Source: Nemertoderma westbladi
Taxonomy: Eukaryota > Animalia > Xenacoelomorpha
Direction of reading: 5' to 3'
Assembly (NCBI GenBank): GCA_032718475.1
Contig: JAUCBJ010006304.1
Coordinates: 1 to 44,394, forward strand
Length of the DNA: 44,394 nucleotides
Positions 1 through 12,800 of the stretch are shown here, in pieces. The notes under the pieces were generated by a model. The model made no database searches, was not told the origin of the DNA, and saw only the letters and a list, made by a program, of their open reading frames with translations. The stretch's first letter is position 1; each line of letters begins with the position of its first letter. The translations under genes and the position numbers were made by a program.

Positions 1-560
1 GTAGCAAAAAGACATGGAAGTTAGAAAAGCAAAGGCATGGGTAGCTCTATTAAAAAATAATCGGGTGGGGTAATAAGACCTTTCCAGGCACCAGAACACT
101 AAGTTCTTTTGAGCCACAGTGGAAATTAAAGTGTATTTTATACGGGGGTGTGACCTGGACACTGACGAAATCATTGAACAACAAATTGATGGTTGCTACA
201 CAAGACTACTAAGGGCAGCCCTAAACATCAGCTGGAGACAACACATGATAAACGCCGAGCTTTATGGTACAATACCACCTGTATCAACCACCCTCCGTGA
301 ACGCAGATTAAGATTCAGTGGGCACTGCTGGCGAAGTAAATACGAGGTCTTACCATATCTACTTTTCTGGCAACCAACTCATGGAAAGCGTAGTTGTGGA
401 CGACCGGCCATAACATATAGATCAACTTGAAAGGGATACTGAACTTGAGAACTTGGGAGAAACGAAATTGCGACAACTATGGAGAATCGGGAAGCCTGGA
501 AGGATCTCATTTCCACTGTCCGAGTTCGCTCGACCTAGAACCGGTACTGTAATAGTAATT
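1..560 (+). mobile_element. Degenerate 3' end of an RTE-type non-LTR retrotransposon (post-RT C-terminal region), cut off by the window edge
   Basis: Broken frames read KDMEVRKAKAWVAL, FF*ATVE, IDGCYTRLLRAALNISW, RRLRFSGHCWR, LFWQPTHGKRSCGRP and RVRST* (stop at 536-538), followed by a degenerate TAG/TAA-like tail. These motifs are typical of RTE-clade LINE C-termini and parallel the copy at 35015-35647. Confidence 0.85.
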
Positions 561-849
561 AACATCGGGCGGGGTGGGGGTGTACCGCGAAACTGGAAAT
601 ATTAAAATAATATGATTATTCCTAGAGTTTCACAGGCAATTTTTTCGGTAATGTTCGTATTAATTGTCATTACATTGTCATTATTGTAATACTGAGTTTG
701 CTATACAATCACTTTAATAGATAAAAAAAAATGATAATTCCTTGAAACTAGACTTTTATTAATCGAGCAGATAGGGAGGACTGGACGCAATAAAAATTCA
801 TCCCTCTGCAGGGGAAATTCGACGCAAATAACTGCTGATTATTCTCAAA

Positions 850-3800
850 AATAAAACTGTAACCTGTTCTATTGTGCTTGGGCTCCCGCAAGGAGGAGTT
901 CTCTCGCCCTTATTGTTTCTACTCTATATAAACGATCTCCAGCAAGGAGGAGTTCTCTCGCCCTTATTGTTTCTACTCTATATAAACGATCTCCCGCAAG
1001 GAGGAGTTCTCTCGCCCTTATTGTTTCTACTCTATATAAACGATCTCCCGCAAGGAGGAGTTCTCTCGCCCTTATTGTTTCTACTCTATATAAACGATCT
1101 CCAGCAAGGAGGAGTTCTCTCACCCTTATTGTTTCTACTCTATATAAACGATCTCCAGCAAGGAGGAGTTCTCTCGCCCTTATTGTTTCTACTCTATATA
1201 AACGATCTCCCACAAGGAGTTCTCTCGCCCTTATTGTTTCTACTCTATATAAACGATCTCCCGCAAGGAGGAGTTCTCTCGCCCTTATTGTTTCTACTCT
1301 ATATAAACGATCTCCCGCAAGGAGGAGTTCTCTCGCCCTTATTGTTTCTACTCTATATAAACGATCTCCCGCAAGGAGGAGTTCTCTCGCCCTTATTGTT
1401 TCTACTCTATATAAACGATCTCCCACAAGGAGGAGTTCTCTCGCCCTTATTGTTTCTACTCTATATAAACGATCTCCCGCAAGGAGGAGTTCTCTCGCCC
1501 TTATTGTTTCTACTCTATATAAACGATCTCCAGCAAGGAGGAGTTCTCTCGCCCTTATTGTTTCTACTCTATATAAACGATCTCCCGCAAGGAGGAGTTC
1601 TCTCGCCCTTATTGTTTCTACTCTATATAAACGATCTCCCGCAAGGAGGAGTTCTCTCGCCCTTATTGTTTCTACTCTATATAAACGATCTCCCACAAGG
1701 AGGAGTTCTCTCGCCCTTATTGTTTCTACTCTATATAAACGATCTCCCACAAGGAGTTCTCTCGCCCTTATTGTTTCTACTCTATATAAACGATCTCCCA
1801 CAAGGAGTTCTCTCGCCCTTATTGTTTCTACTCTATATAAACGATCTCCCACAAGGAGTTCTCTCGCCCTTATTGTTTCTACTCTATATAAACGATCTCC
1901 CACAAGGAGTTCTCTCGCCCTTATTGTTTCTACTCTATATAAACGATCTCCCGCAAGGAGGAGTTCTCTCGCCCTTATTGTTTCTACTCTATATAAACGA
2001 TCTCCCACAAGGAGTTCTCTCGCCCTTATTGTTTCTACTCTATATAAACGATCTCCCACAAGGAGTTCTCTCGCCCTTATTGTTTCTACTCTATATAAAC
2101 GATCTCCCGCAAGGAGGAGTTCTCTCGCCCTTATTGTTTCTACTCTATATAAACGATCTCCCACAAGGAGTTCTCTCGCCCTTATTGTTTCTACTCTATA
2201 TAAACGATCTCCCACAAGGAGTTCTCTCGCCCTTATTGTTTCTACTCTATATAAACGATCTCCCGCAAGGAGGAGTTCTCTCGCCCTTATTGTTTCTACT
2301 CTATATAAACGATCTCCCACAAGGAGTTCTCTCGCCCTTATTGTTTCTACTCTATATAAACGATCTCCCGCAAGGAGGAGTTCTCTCGCCCTTATTGTTT
2401 CTACTCTATATAAACGATCTCCCACAAGGAGTTCTCTCGCCCTTATTGTTTCTACTCTATATAAACGATCTCCCACAAGGAGTTCTCTCGCCCTTATTGT
2501 TTCTACTCTATATAAACGATCTCCCACAAGGAGTTCTCTCGCCCTTATTGTTTCTACTCTATATAAACGATCTCCCGCAAGGAGGAGTTCTCTCGCCCTT
2601 ATTGTTTCTACTCTATATAAACGATCTCCCACAAGGAGGAGTTCTCTCGCCCTTATTGTTTCTACTCTATATAAACGATCTCCCGCAAGGAGGAGTTCTC
2701 TCGCCCTTATTGTTTCTACTCTATATAAACGATCTCCCACAAGGAGTTCTCTCGCCCTTATTGTTTCTACTCTATATAAACGATCTCCCACAAGGAGTTC
2801 TCTCGCCCTTATTGTTTCTACTCTATATAAACGATCTCCCGCAAGGAGGAGTTCTCTCGCCCTTATTGTTTCTACTCTATATAAACGATCTCCCACAAGG
2901 AGTTCTCTCGCCCTTATTGTTTCTACTCTATATAAACGATCTCCCACAAGGAGTTCTCTCGCCCTTATTGTTTCTACTCTATATAAACGATCTCCCACAA
3001 GGAGTTCTCTCGCCCTTATTGTTTCTACTCTATATAAACGATCTCCCGCAAGGAGGAGTTCTCTCGCCCTTATTGTTTCTACTCTATATAAACGATCTCC
3101 CGCAAGGAGGAGTTCTCTCGCCCTTATTGTTTCTACTCTATATAAACGATCTCCCGCAAGGAGGAGTTCTCTCGCCCTTATTGTTTCTACTCTATATAAA
3201 CGATCTCCCACAAGGAGGAGTTCTCTCGCCCTTATTGTTTCTACTCTATATAAACGATCTCCCGCAAGGAGGAGTTCTCTCGCCCTTATTGTTTCTACTC
3301 TATATAAACGATCTCCAGCAAGGAGGAGTTCTCTCGCCCTTATTGTTTCTACTCTATATAAACGATCTCCCGCAAGGAGGAGTTCTCTCGCCCTTATTGT
3401 TTCTACTCTATATAAACGATCTCCCGCAAGGAGGAGTTCTCTCGCCCTTATTGTTTCTACTCTATATAAACGATCTCCCACAAGGAGGAGTTCTCTCGCC
3501 CTTATTGTTTCTACTCTATATAAACGATCTCCCGCAAGGAGGAGTTCTCTCGCCCTTATTGTTTCTACTCTATATAAACGATCTCCCGCAAGGAGGAGTT
3601 CTCTCGCCCTTATTGTTTCTACTCTATATAAACGATCTCCCGCAAGGATGAGTTCTCTCGCCCTTATTGTTTCTACTCTATATAAACGATCTCCCGCAAG
3701 GAGGAGTTCTCTCGCCCTTATTGTTTCTACTCTATATAAACGATCTCCCGCAAGGAGGAGTTCTCTCGCCCTTATTGTTTCTACTCTATATAAACGATCT

Positions 3801-6800
3801 CCCGCAAGGAGGAGTTCTCTCGCCCTTATTGTTTCTACTCTATATAAACGATCTCCCACAAGGAGGAGTTCTCTCGCCCTTATTGTTTCTACTCTATATA
3901 AACGATCTCCAGCAAGGAGGAGTTCTCTCGCCCTTATTGTTTCTACTCTATATAAACGATCTCCCGCAAGGAGGAGTTCTCTCGCTCTTATTGTTTCTAC
4001 TCTATATAAACGATCTCCCGCAAGGAGGAGTTCTCTCGCCCTTATTGTTTCTACTCTATATAAACGATCTCCCGCAAGGAGGAGTTCTCTCGCCCTTATT
4101 GTTTATACTCTATATAAACGATCTCCCACAAGGAGGAGTTCTCTCGCCCTTATTGTTTCTACTCTATATAAACGATCTCCCGCAAGGAGGAGTTCTCACG
4201 CCCTTATTGTTTCTACTCTATATAAACGATCTCCCGCAAGGAGGAGTTCTCTCGCCCTTATTGTTTCTACTCTATATAAACGATCTCCCGCAAGGATGAG
4301 TTCTCTCGCCCTTATTGTTTCTACTCTATATAAACGATCTCCCGCAAGGATGAGTTCTCTCGCCCTTATTGTTTCTACTCTATATAAACGATCTCCCGCA
4401 AGGAGGAGTTCTCACGCCCTTATTGTTTCTACTCTATATAAACGATCTCCCGCAAGGAGGAGTTCTCACGCCCTTATTGTTTCTACTCTATATAAACGAT
4501 CTCCCGCAAGGATGAGTTCTCTCGCCCTTATTGTTTATACTCTATATAAACGATCTCCCACAAGGAGGAGTTCTCTCGCCCTTATTGTTTCTACTCTATA
4601 TAAACGATCTCCCGCAAGGAGGAGTTCTCTCGCCCTTATTGTTTCTACTCTATATAAACGATCTCCCGCAAGGAGGAGTTCTCACGCCCTTATTGTTTCT
4701 ACTCTATATAAACGATCTCCCGCAAGGATGAGTTCTCTCGCCCTTATTGTTTATACTCTATATAAACGATCTCCCACAAGGAGGAGTTCTCTCGCCCTTA
4801 TTGTTTCTACTCTATATAAACGATCTCCCGCAAGGAGGAGTTCTCACGCCCTTATTGTTTCTACTCTATATAAACGATCTCCCGCAAGGAGGAGTTCTCT
4901 CGCCCTTATTGTTTCTACTCTATATAAACGATCTCCCACAAGGAGGAGTTCTCTCGCCCTTATTGTTTCTACTCTATATAAACGATCTCCCGCAAGGAGG
5001 AGTTATCTCGCCCTTATTGTTTCTACTCTATATAAACGATCTCCCGCAAGGAGGAGTTCTCTCGCCCTTATTGTTTTTACTCTATATAAACGATCTCCCG
5101 CAAGGAGGAGTTCTCTCGCCCTTATTGTTTCTACTCTATATAAACGATCTCCCACAAGGAGGAGTTCTCTCGCCCTTATTGTTTCTACTCTATATAAACG
5201 ATCTCCCGCAAGGAGGAGTTCTCTCGCCCTTATTGTTTCTACTCTATATAAACGATCTCCCGCAAGGAGGAGTTATCTCGCCCTTATTGTTTCTACTCTA
5301 TATAAACGATCTCCCGCAAGGAGGAGTTCTCTCGCCCTTATTGTTTTCTACTCTATATAAACGATCTCCCGCAAGGAGGAGTTCTCTCGCCCTTATTGTT
5401 TCTACTCTATATAAACGATCTCCCACAAGGAGGAGTTCTCTCGCCCTTATTGTTTCTACTCTATATAAACGATCTCCCGCAAGGAGGAGTTCTCTCGCCC
5501 TTATTGTTTCTACTCTATATAAACGATCTCCCGCAAGGAGGAGTTCTCTCGCCCTTATTGTTTCTACTCTATATAAACGATCTCCAGCAAGGAGGAGTTC
5601 TCTCGCCCTTATTGTTTCTACTCTATATAAACGATCTCCCGCAAGGAGGAGTTCTCTCGCCCTTATTGTTTCTACTCTATATAAACGATCTCCCACAAGG
5701 AGGAGTTCTCTCGCCCTTATTGTTTCTACTCTATATAAACGATCTCCCGCAAGGAGGAGTTCTCTCGCCCTTATTGTTTCTACTCTATATAAACGATCTC
5801 CCGCAAGGAGGAGTTCTCTCGCCCTTATTGTTTCTACTCTATATAAACGATCTCCCGCAAGGAGGAGTTCTCTCGCCCTTATTGTTTCTACTCTATATAA
5901 ACGATCTCCCGCAAGGAGGAGTTCTCTCGCCCTTATTGTTTCTACTCTATATAAACGATCTCCCACAAGGAGGAGTTCTCTCGCCCTTATTGTTTCTACT
6001 CTATATAAACGATCTCCAGCAAGGAGGAGTTCTCTCGCCCTTATTGTTTCTACTCTATATAAACGATCTCCCGCAAGGAGGAGTTCTCTCGCCCTTATTG
6101 TTTCTACTCTATATAAACGATCTCCCGCAAGGAGGAGTTCTCTCGCCCTTATTGTTTCTACTCTATATAAACGATCTCCCGCAAGGAGGAGTTTTCTCGC
6201 CCTTATTGTTTCTACTCTATATAAACGATCTCCCACAAGGAGGAGTTCTCTCGCCCTTATTGTTTCTACTCTATATAAACGATCTCCCGCAAGGAGGAGT
6301 TCTCTCGCCCTTATTGTTTCTACTCTATATAAACGATCTCCCGCAAGGAGGAGTTCTCTCGCCCTTATTGTTTCTACTCTATATAAACGATCTCCCGCAA
6401 GGATGAGTTCTCTCGCCCTTATTGTTTCTACTCTATATAAACGATCTCCCACAAGGAGGAGTTCTCTCGCCCTTATTGTTTCTACTCTATATAAACGATC
6501 TCCCGCAAGGAGGAGTTCTCTCGCCCTTATTGTTTCTACTCTATATAAACGATCTCCCGCAAGGAGGAGTTCTCTCGCCCTTATTGTTTCTACTCTATAT
6601 AAACGATCTCCCGCAAGGAGGAGTTCTCTCGCCCTTATTGTTTCTACTCTATATAAACGATCTCCCACAAGGAGGAGTTCTCTCGCCCTTATTGTTTCTA
6701 CTCTATATAAACGATCTCCCGCAAGGAGGAGTTATCTCGCCCTTATTGTTTCTACTCTATATAAACGATCTCCCGCAAGGAGGAGTTCTCTCGCCCTTAT

Positions 6801-9800
6801 TGTTTCTACTCTATATAAACGATCTCCCGCAAGGAGGAGTTCTCTCGCCCTTATTGTTTCTACTCTATATAAACGATCTCCCGCAAGGAGGAGTTCTCTC
6901 GCCCTTATTGTTTCTACTCTATATAAACGATCTCCCACAAGGAGGAGTTCTCTCGCCCTTATTGTTTCTACTCTATATAAACGATCTCCCGCAAGGAGGA
7001 GTTCTCTCGCCCTTATTGTTTCTACTCTATATAAACGATCTCCCACAAGGAGGAGTTCTCTCGCCCTTATTGTTTCTACTCTATATAAACGATCTCCCAC
7101 AAGGAGGAGTTCTCTCGCCCTTATTGTTTCTACTCTATATAAACGATCTCCCGCAAGGAGGAGTTCTCTCGCCCTTATTGTTTCTACTCTATATAAACGA
7201 TCTCCCACAAGGAGGAGTTCTCTCGCCCTTATTGTTTCTACTCTATATAAACGATCTCCCGCAAGGAGGAGTTCTCTCGCCCTTATTGTTTCTACTCTAT
7301 ATAAACGATCTCCCACAAGGAGGAGTTCTCTCGCCCTTATTGTTTCTACTCTATATAAACGATCTCCCGCAAGGAGGAGTTCTCTCGCCCTTATTGTTTC
7401 TACTCTATATAAACGATCTCCCACAAGGAGGAGTTCTCTCGCCCTTATTGTTTCTACTCTATATAAACGATCTCCCGCAAGGAGGAGTTCTCTCGCCCTT
7501 ATTGTTTCTACTCTATATAAACGATCTCCCGCAAGGAGGAGTTCTCTCGCCCTTATTGTTTCTACTCTATATAAACGATCTCCCGCAAGGAGGAGTTCTC
7601 TCGCCCTTATTGTTTCTACTCTATATAAACGATCTCCCGCAAGGAGGAGTTCTCTCGCCCTTATTGTTTCTACTCTATATAAACGATCTCCCACAAGGAG
7701 GAGTTCTCTCGCCCTTATTGTTTCTACTCTATATAAACGATCTCCCGCAAGGAGGAGTTCTCTCGCCCTTATTGTTTCTACTCTATATAAACGATCTCCC
7801 ACAAGGAGGAGTTCTCTCGCCCTTATTGTTTCTACTCTATATAAACGATCTCCCGCAAGGAGGAGTTCTCTCGCCCTTATTGTTTCTACTCTATATAAAC
7901 GATCTCCCACAAGGAGGAGTTCTCTCGCCCTTATTGTTTCTACTCTATATAAACGATCTCCCGCAAGGAGGAGTTCTCTCGCCCTTATTGTTTCTACTCT
8001 ATATAAACGATCTCCCACAAGGAGGAGTTCTCTCGCCCTTATTGTTTCTACTCTATATAAACGATCTCCCGCAAGGAGGAGTTCTCTCGCCCTTATTGTT
8101 TCTACTCTATATAAACGATCTCCCACAAGGAGGAGTTCTCTCGCCCTTATTGTTTCTACTCTATATAAACGATCTCCCACAAGGAGGAGTTCTCTCGCCC
8201 TTATTGTTTCTACTCTATATAAACGATCTCCCGCAAGGAGGAGTTCTCTCGCCCTTATTGTTTCTACTCTATATAAACGATCTCCCACAAGGAGGAGTTC
8301 TCTCGCCCTTATTGTTTCTACTCTATATAAACGATCTCCCGCAAGGAGGAGTTCTCTCGCCCTTATTGTTTCTACTCTATATAAACGATCTCCCACAAGG
8401 AGGAGTTCTCTCGCCCTTATTGTTTCTACTCTATATAAACGATCTCCCGCAAGGAGGAGTTCTCTCGCCCTTATTGTTTCTACTCTATATAAACGATCTC
8501 CCACAAGGAGGAGTTCTCTCGCCCTTATTGTTTCTACTCTATATAAACGATCTCCCGCAAGGAGGAGTTCTCTCGCCCTTATTGTTTCTACTCTATATAA
8601 ACGATCTCCCGCAAGGAGGAGTTCTCTCGCCCTTATTGTTTCTACTCTATATAAACGATCTCCCGCAAGGAGGAGTTCTCTCGCCCTTATTGTTTCTACT
8701 CTATATAAACGATCTCCCGCAAGGAGGAGTTCTCTCGCCCTTATTGTTTCTACTCTATATAAACGATCTCCCACAAGGAGGAGTTCTCTCGCCCTTATTG
8801 TTTCTACTCTATATAAACGATCTCCCGCAAGGAGGAGTTCTCTCGCCCTTATTGTTTCTACTCTATATAAACGATCTCCCGCAAGGAGGAGTTCTCTCGC
8901 CCTTATTGTTTCTACTCTATATAAACGATCTCCCACAAGGAGGAGTTCTCTCGCCCTTATTGTTTCTACTCTATATAAACGATCTCCCGCAAGGAGGAGT
9001 TCTCTCGCCCTTATTGTTTCTACTCTATATAAACGATCTCCAGCAAGGAGGAGTTCTCTCGCCCTTATTGTTTCTACTCTATATAAACGATCTCCCGCAA
9101 GGAGGAGTTCTCTCGCCCTTATTGTTTCTACTCTATATAAACGATCTCCCACAAGGAGGAGTTCTCTCGCCCTTATTGTTTCTACTCTATATAAACGATC
9201 TCCCGCAAGGAGGAGTTCTCTCGCCCTTATTGTTTCTACTCTATATAAACGATCTCCCACAAGGAGGAGTTCTCTCGCCCTTATTGTTTCTACTCTATAT
9301 AAACGATCTCCCGCAAGGAGGAGTTCTCTCGCCCTTATTGTTTCTACTCTATATAAACGATCTCCCGCAAGGAGGAGTTCTCTCGCCCTTATTGTTTCTA
9401 CTCTATATAAACGATCTCCCGCAAGGAGGAGTTCTCTCGCCCTTATTGTTTCTACTCTATATAAACGATCTCCCGCAAGGAGGAGTTCTCTCGCCCTTAT
9501 TGTTTCTACTCTATATAAACGATCTCCCACAAGGAGGAGTTCTCTCGCCCTTATTGTTTCTACTCTATATAAACGATCTCCCGCAAGGAGGAGTTTTCTC
9601 GCCCTTATTGTTTCTACTCTATATAAACGATCTCCCGCAAGGAGGAGTTCTCTCGCCCTTATTGTTTCTACTCTATATAAACGATCTCCCACAAGGAGGA
9701 GTTCTCTCGCCCTTATTGTTTCTACTCTATATAAACGATCTCCCGCAAGGAGGAGTTTTCTCGCCCTTATTGTTTCTACTCTATATAAACGATCTCCAGC

Positions 9801-12800
9801 AAGGAGGAGTTCTCTCGCCCTTATTGTTTCTACTCTATATAAACGATCTCCCGCAAGGAGGAGTTCTCTCGCCCTTATTGTTTCTACTCTATATAAACGA
9901 TCTCCCACAAGGAGGAGTTCTCTCGCCCTTATTGTTTCTACTCTATATAAACGATCTCCCGCAAGGAGGAGTTCTCTCGCCCTTATTGTTTCTACTCTAT
10001 ATAAACGATCTCCCGCAAGGATGAGTTCTCTCGCCCTTATTGTTTCTACTCTATATAAACGATCTCCCACAAGGAGGAGTTCTCTCGCCCTTATTGTTTC
10101 TACTCTATATAAACGATCTCCCGCAAGGAGGAGTTCTCTCGCCCTTATTGTTTCTACTCTATATAAACGATCTCCCACAAGGAGGAGTTCTCTCGCCCTT
10201 ATTGTTTCTACTCTATATAAACGATCTCCCACAAGGAGGAGTTATCTCGCCCTTATTGTTTCTACTCTATATAAACGATCTCCCGCAAGGATGAGTTCTC
10301 TCGCCCTTATTGTTTCTACTCTATATAAACGATCTCCCGCAAGGAGGAGTTCTCTCGCCCTTATTGTTTCTACTCTATATAAACGATCTCCCACAAGGAG
10401 GAGTTCTCTCGCCCTTATTGTTTCTACTCTATATAAACGATCTCCCGCAAGGAGGAGTTTTCTCGCCCTTATTGTTTCTACTCTATATAAACGATCTCCC
10501 GCAAGGAGGAGTTTTCTCGCCCTTATTGTTTCTACTCTATATAAACGATCTCCCGCAAGGATGAGTTCTCTCGCCCTTATTGTTTCTACTCTATATAAAC
10601 GATCTCCCACAAGGAGGAGTTCTCTCGCCCTTATTGTTTCTACTCTATATAAACGATCTCCCGCAAGGAGGAGTTCTCTCGCCCTTATTGTTTCTACTCT
10701 ATATAAACGATCTCCCGCAAGGATGAGTTCTCTCGCCCTTATTGTTTCTACTCTATATAAACGATCTCCCACAAGGAGGAGTTCTCTCGCCCTTATTGTT
10801 TCTACTCTATATAAACGATCTCCCGCAAGGAGGAGTTCTCTCGCCCTTATTGTTTCTACTCTATATAAACGATCTCCCACAAGGAGGAGTTCTCTCGCCC
10901 TTATTGTTTCTACTCTATATAAACGATCTCCCACAAGGAGGAGTTCTCTCGCCCTTATTGTTTCTACTCTATATAAACGATCTCCCGCAAGGATGAGTTC
11001 TCTCGCCCTTATTGTTTCTACTCTATATAAACGATCTCCCACAAGGAGGAGTTCTCTCGCCCTTATTGTTTCTACTCTATATAAACGATCTCCCGCAAGG
11101 AGGAGTTCTCTCGCCCTTATTGTTTCTACTCTATATAAACGATCTCCCACAAGGAGGAGTTCTCTCGCCCTTATTGTTTTTACTCTATATAAACGATCTC
11201 CCGCAAGGAGGAGTTCTCTCGCCCTTATTGTTTCTACTCTATATAAACGATCTCCCGCAAGGAGGAGTTCTCTCGCCCTTATTGTTTCTACTCTATATAA
11301 ACGATCTCCCGCAAGGAGGAGTTCTCTCGCCCTTATTGTTTCTACTCTATATAAACGATCTCCCGCAAGGAGGAGTTCTCTCGCCCTTATTGTTTTTACT
11401 CTATATAAACGATCTCCCGCAAGGAGGAGTTCTCTCGCCCTTATTGTTTCTACTCTATATAAACGATCTCCAGCAAGGAGGAGTTCTCTCGCCCTTATTG
11501 TTTCTACTCTATATAAACGATCTCCTGCAAGGAGGAGTTCTCTCGCCCTTATTGTTTCTACTCTATATAAACGATCTCCCGCAAGGAGGAGTTCTCTCGC
11601 CCTTATTGTTTCTACTCTATATAAACGATCTCCAGCAAGGAGGAGTTCTCTCGCCCTTATTGTTTCTACTCTATATAAACGATCTCCCGCAAGGAGGAGT
11701 TCTCTCGCTCTTATTGTTTCTACTCTATATAAACGATCTCCCGCAAGGAGGAGTTCTCTCGCCCTTATTGTTTCTACTCTATATAAACGATCTCCCGCAA
11801 GGAGGAGTTCTCTCGCCCTTATTGTTTCTACTCTATATAAACGATCTCCCACAAGGAGGAGTTCTCTCGCCCTTATTGTTTCTACTCTATATAAACGATC
11901 TCCCGCAAGGAGGAGTTCTCTCGCCCTTATTGTTTCTACTCTATATAAACGATCTCCCGCAAGGAGGAGTTCTCTCGCCCTTATTGTTTCTACTCTATAT
12001 AAACGATCTCCCGCAAGGAGGAGTTCTCTCGCCCTTATTGTTTCTACTCTATATAAACGATCTCCCACAAGGAGGAGTTCTCTCGCCCTTATTGTTTCTA
12101 CTCTATATAAACGATCTCCCGCAAGGAGGAGTTTTCTCGCCCTTATTGTTTCTACTCTATATAAACGATCTCCCGCAAGGAGGAGTTCTCTCGCCCTTAT
12201 TGTTTCTACTCTATATAAACGATCTCCCGCAAGGAGGAGTTCTCTCGCCCTTATAGTTTCTACTCTATATAAACGATCTCCCACAAGGAGGAGTTCTCTC
12301 GCCCTTATTGTTTCTACTCTATATAAACGATCTCCCGCAAGGAGGAGTTATCTCGCCCTTATTGTTTCTACTCTATATAAACGATCTCCCGCAAGGATGA
12401 GTTCTCTCGCCCTTATTGTTTCTACTCTATATAAACGATCTCCCACAAGGAGGAGTTCTCTCGCCCTTATTGTTTCTACTCTATATAAACGATCTCCCGC
12501 AAGGAGGAGTTTTCTCGCCCTTATTGTTTCTACTCTATATAAACGATCTCCCGCAAGGAGGAGTTCTCTCGCCCTTATTGTTTCTACTCTACATAAACGA
12601 TCTCCCGCAAGGAGGAGTTCTCTCGCCCTTATAGTTTCTACTCTATATAAACGATCTCCCACAAGGAGGAGTTCTCTCGCCCTTATTGTTTCTACTCTAT
12701 ATAAACGATCTCCCGCAAGGAGGAGTTATCTCGCCCTTATTGTTTCTACTCTATATAAACGATCTCCCGCAAGGAGGAGTTCTCTCGCCCTTATTGTTTT

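Noticed and set aside
891-896. AGGAGG Shine-Dalgarno-like motif in each unit
   Set aside because: It is simply the Gln-Gly-Gly codons in eukaryotic DNA.
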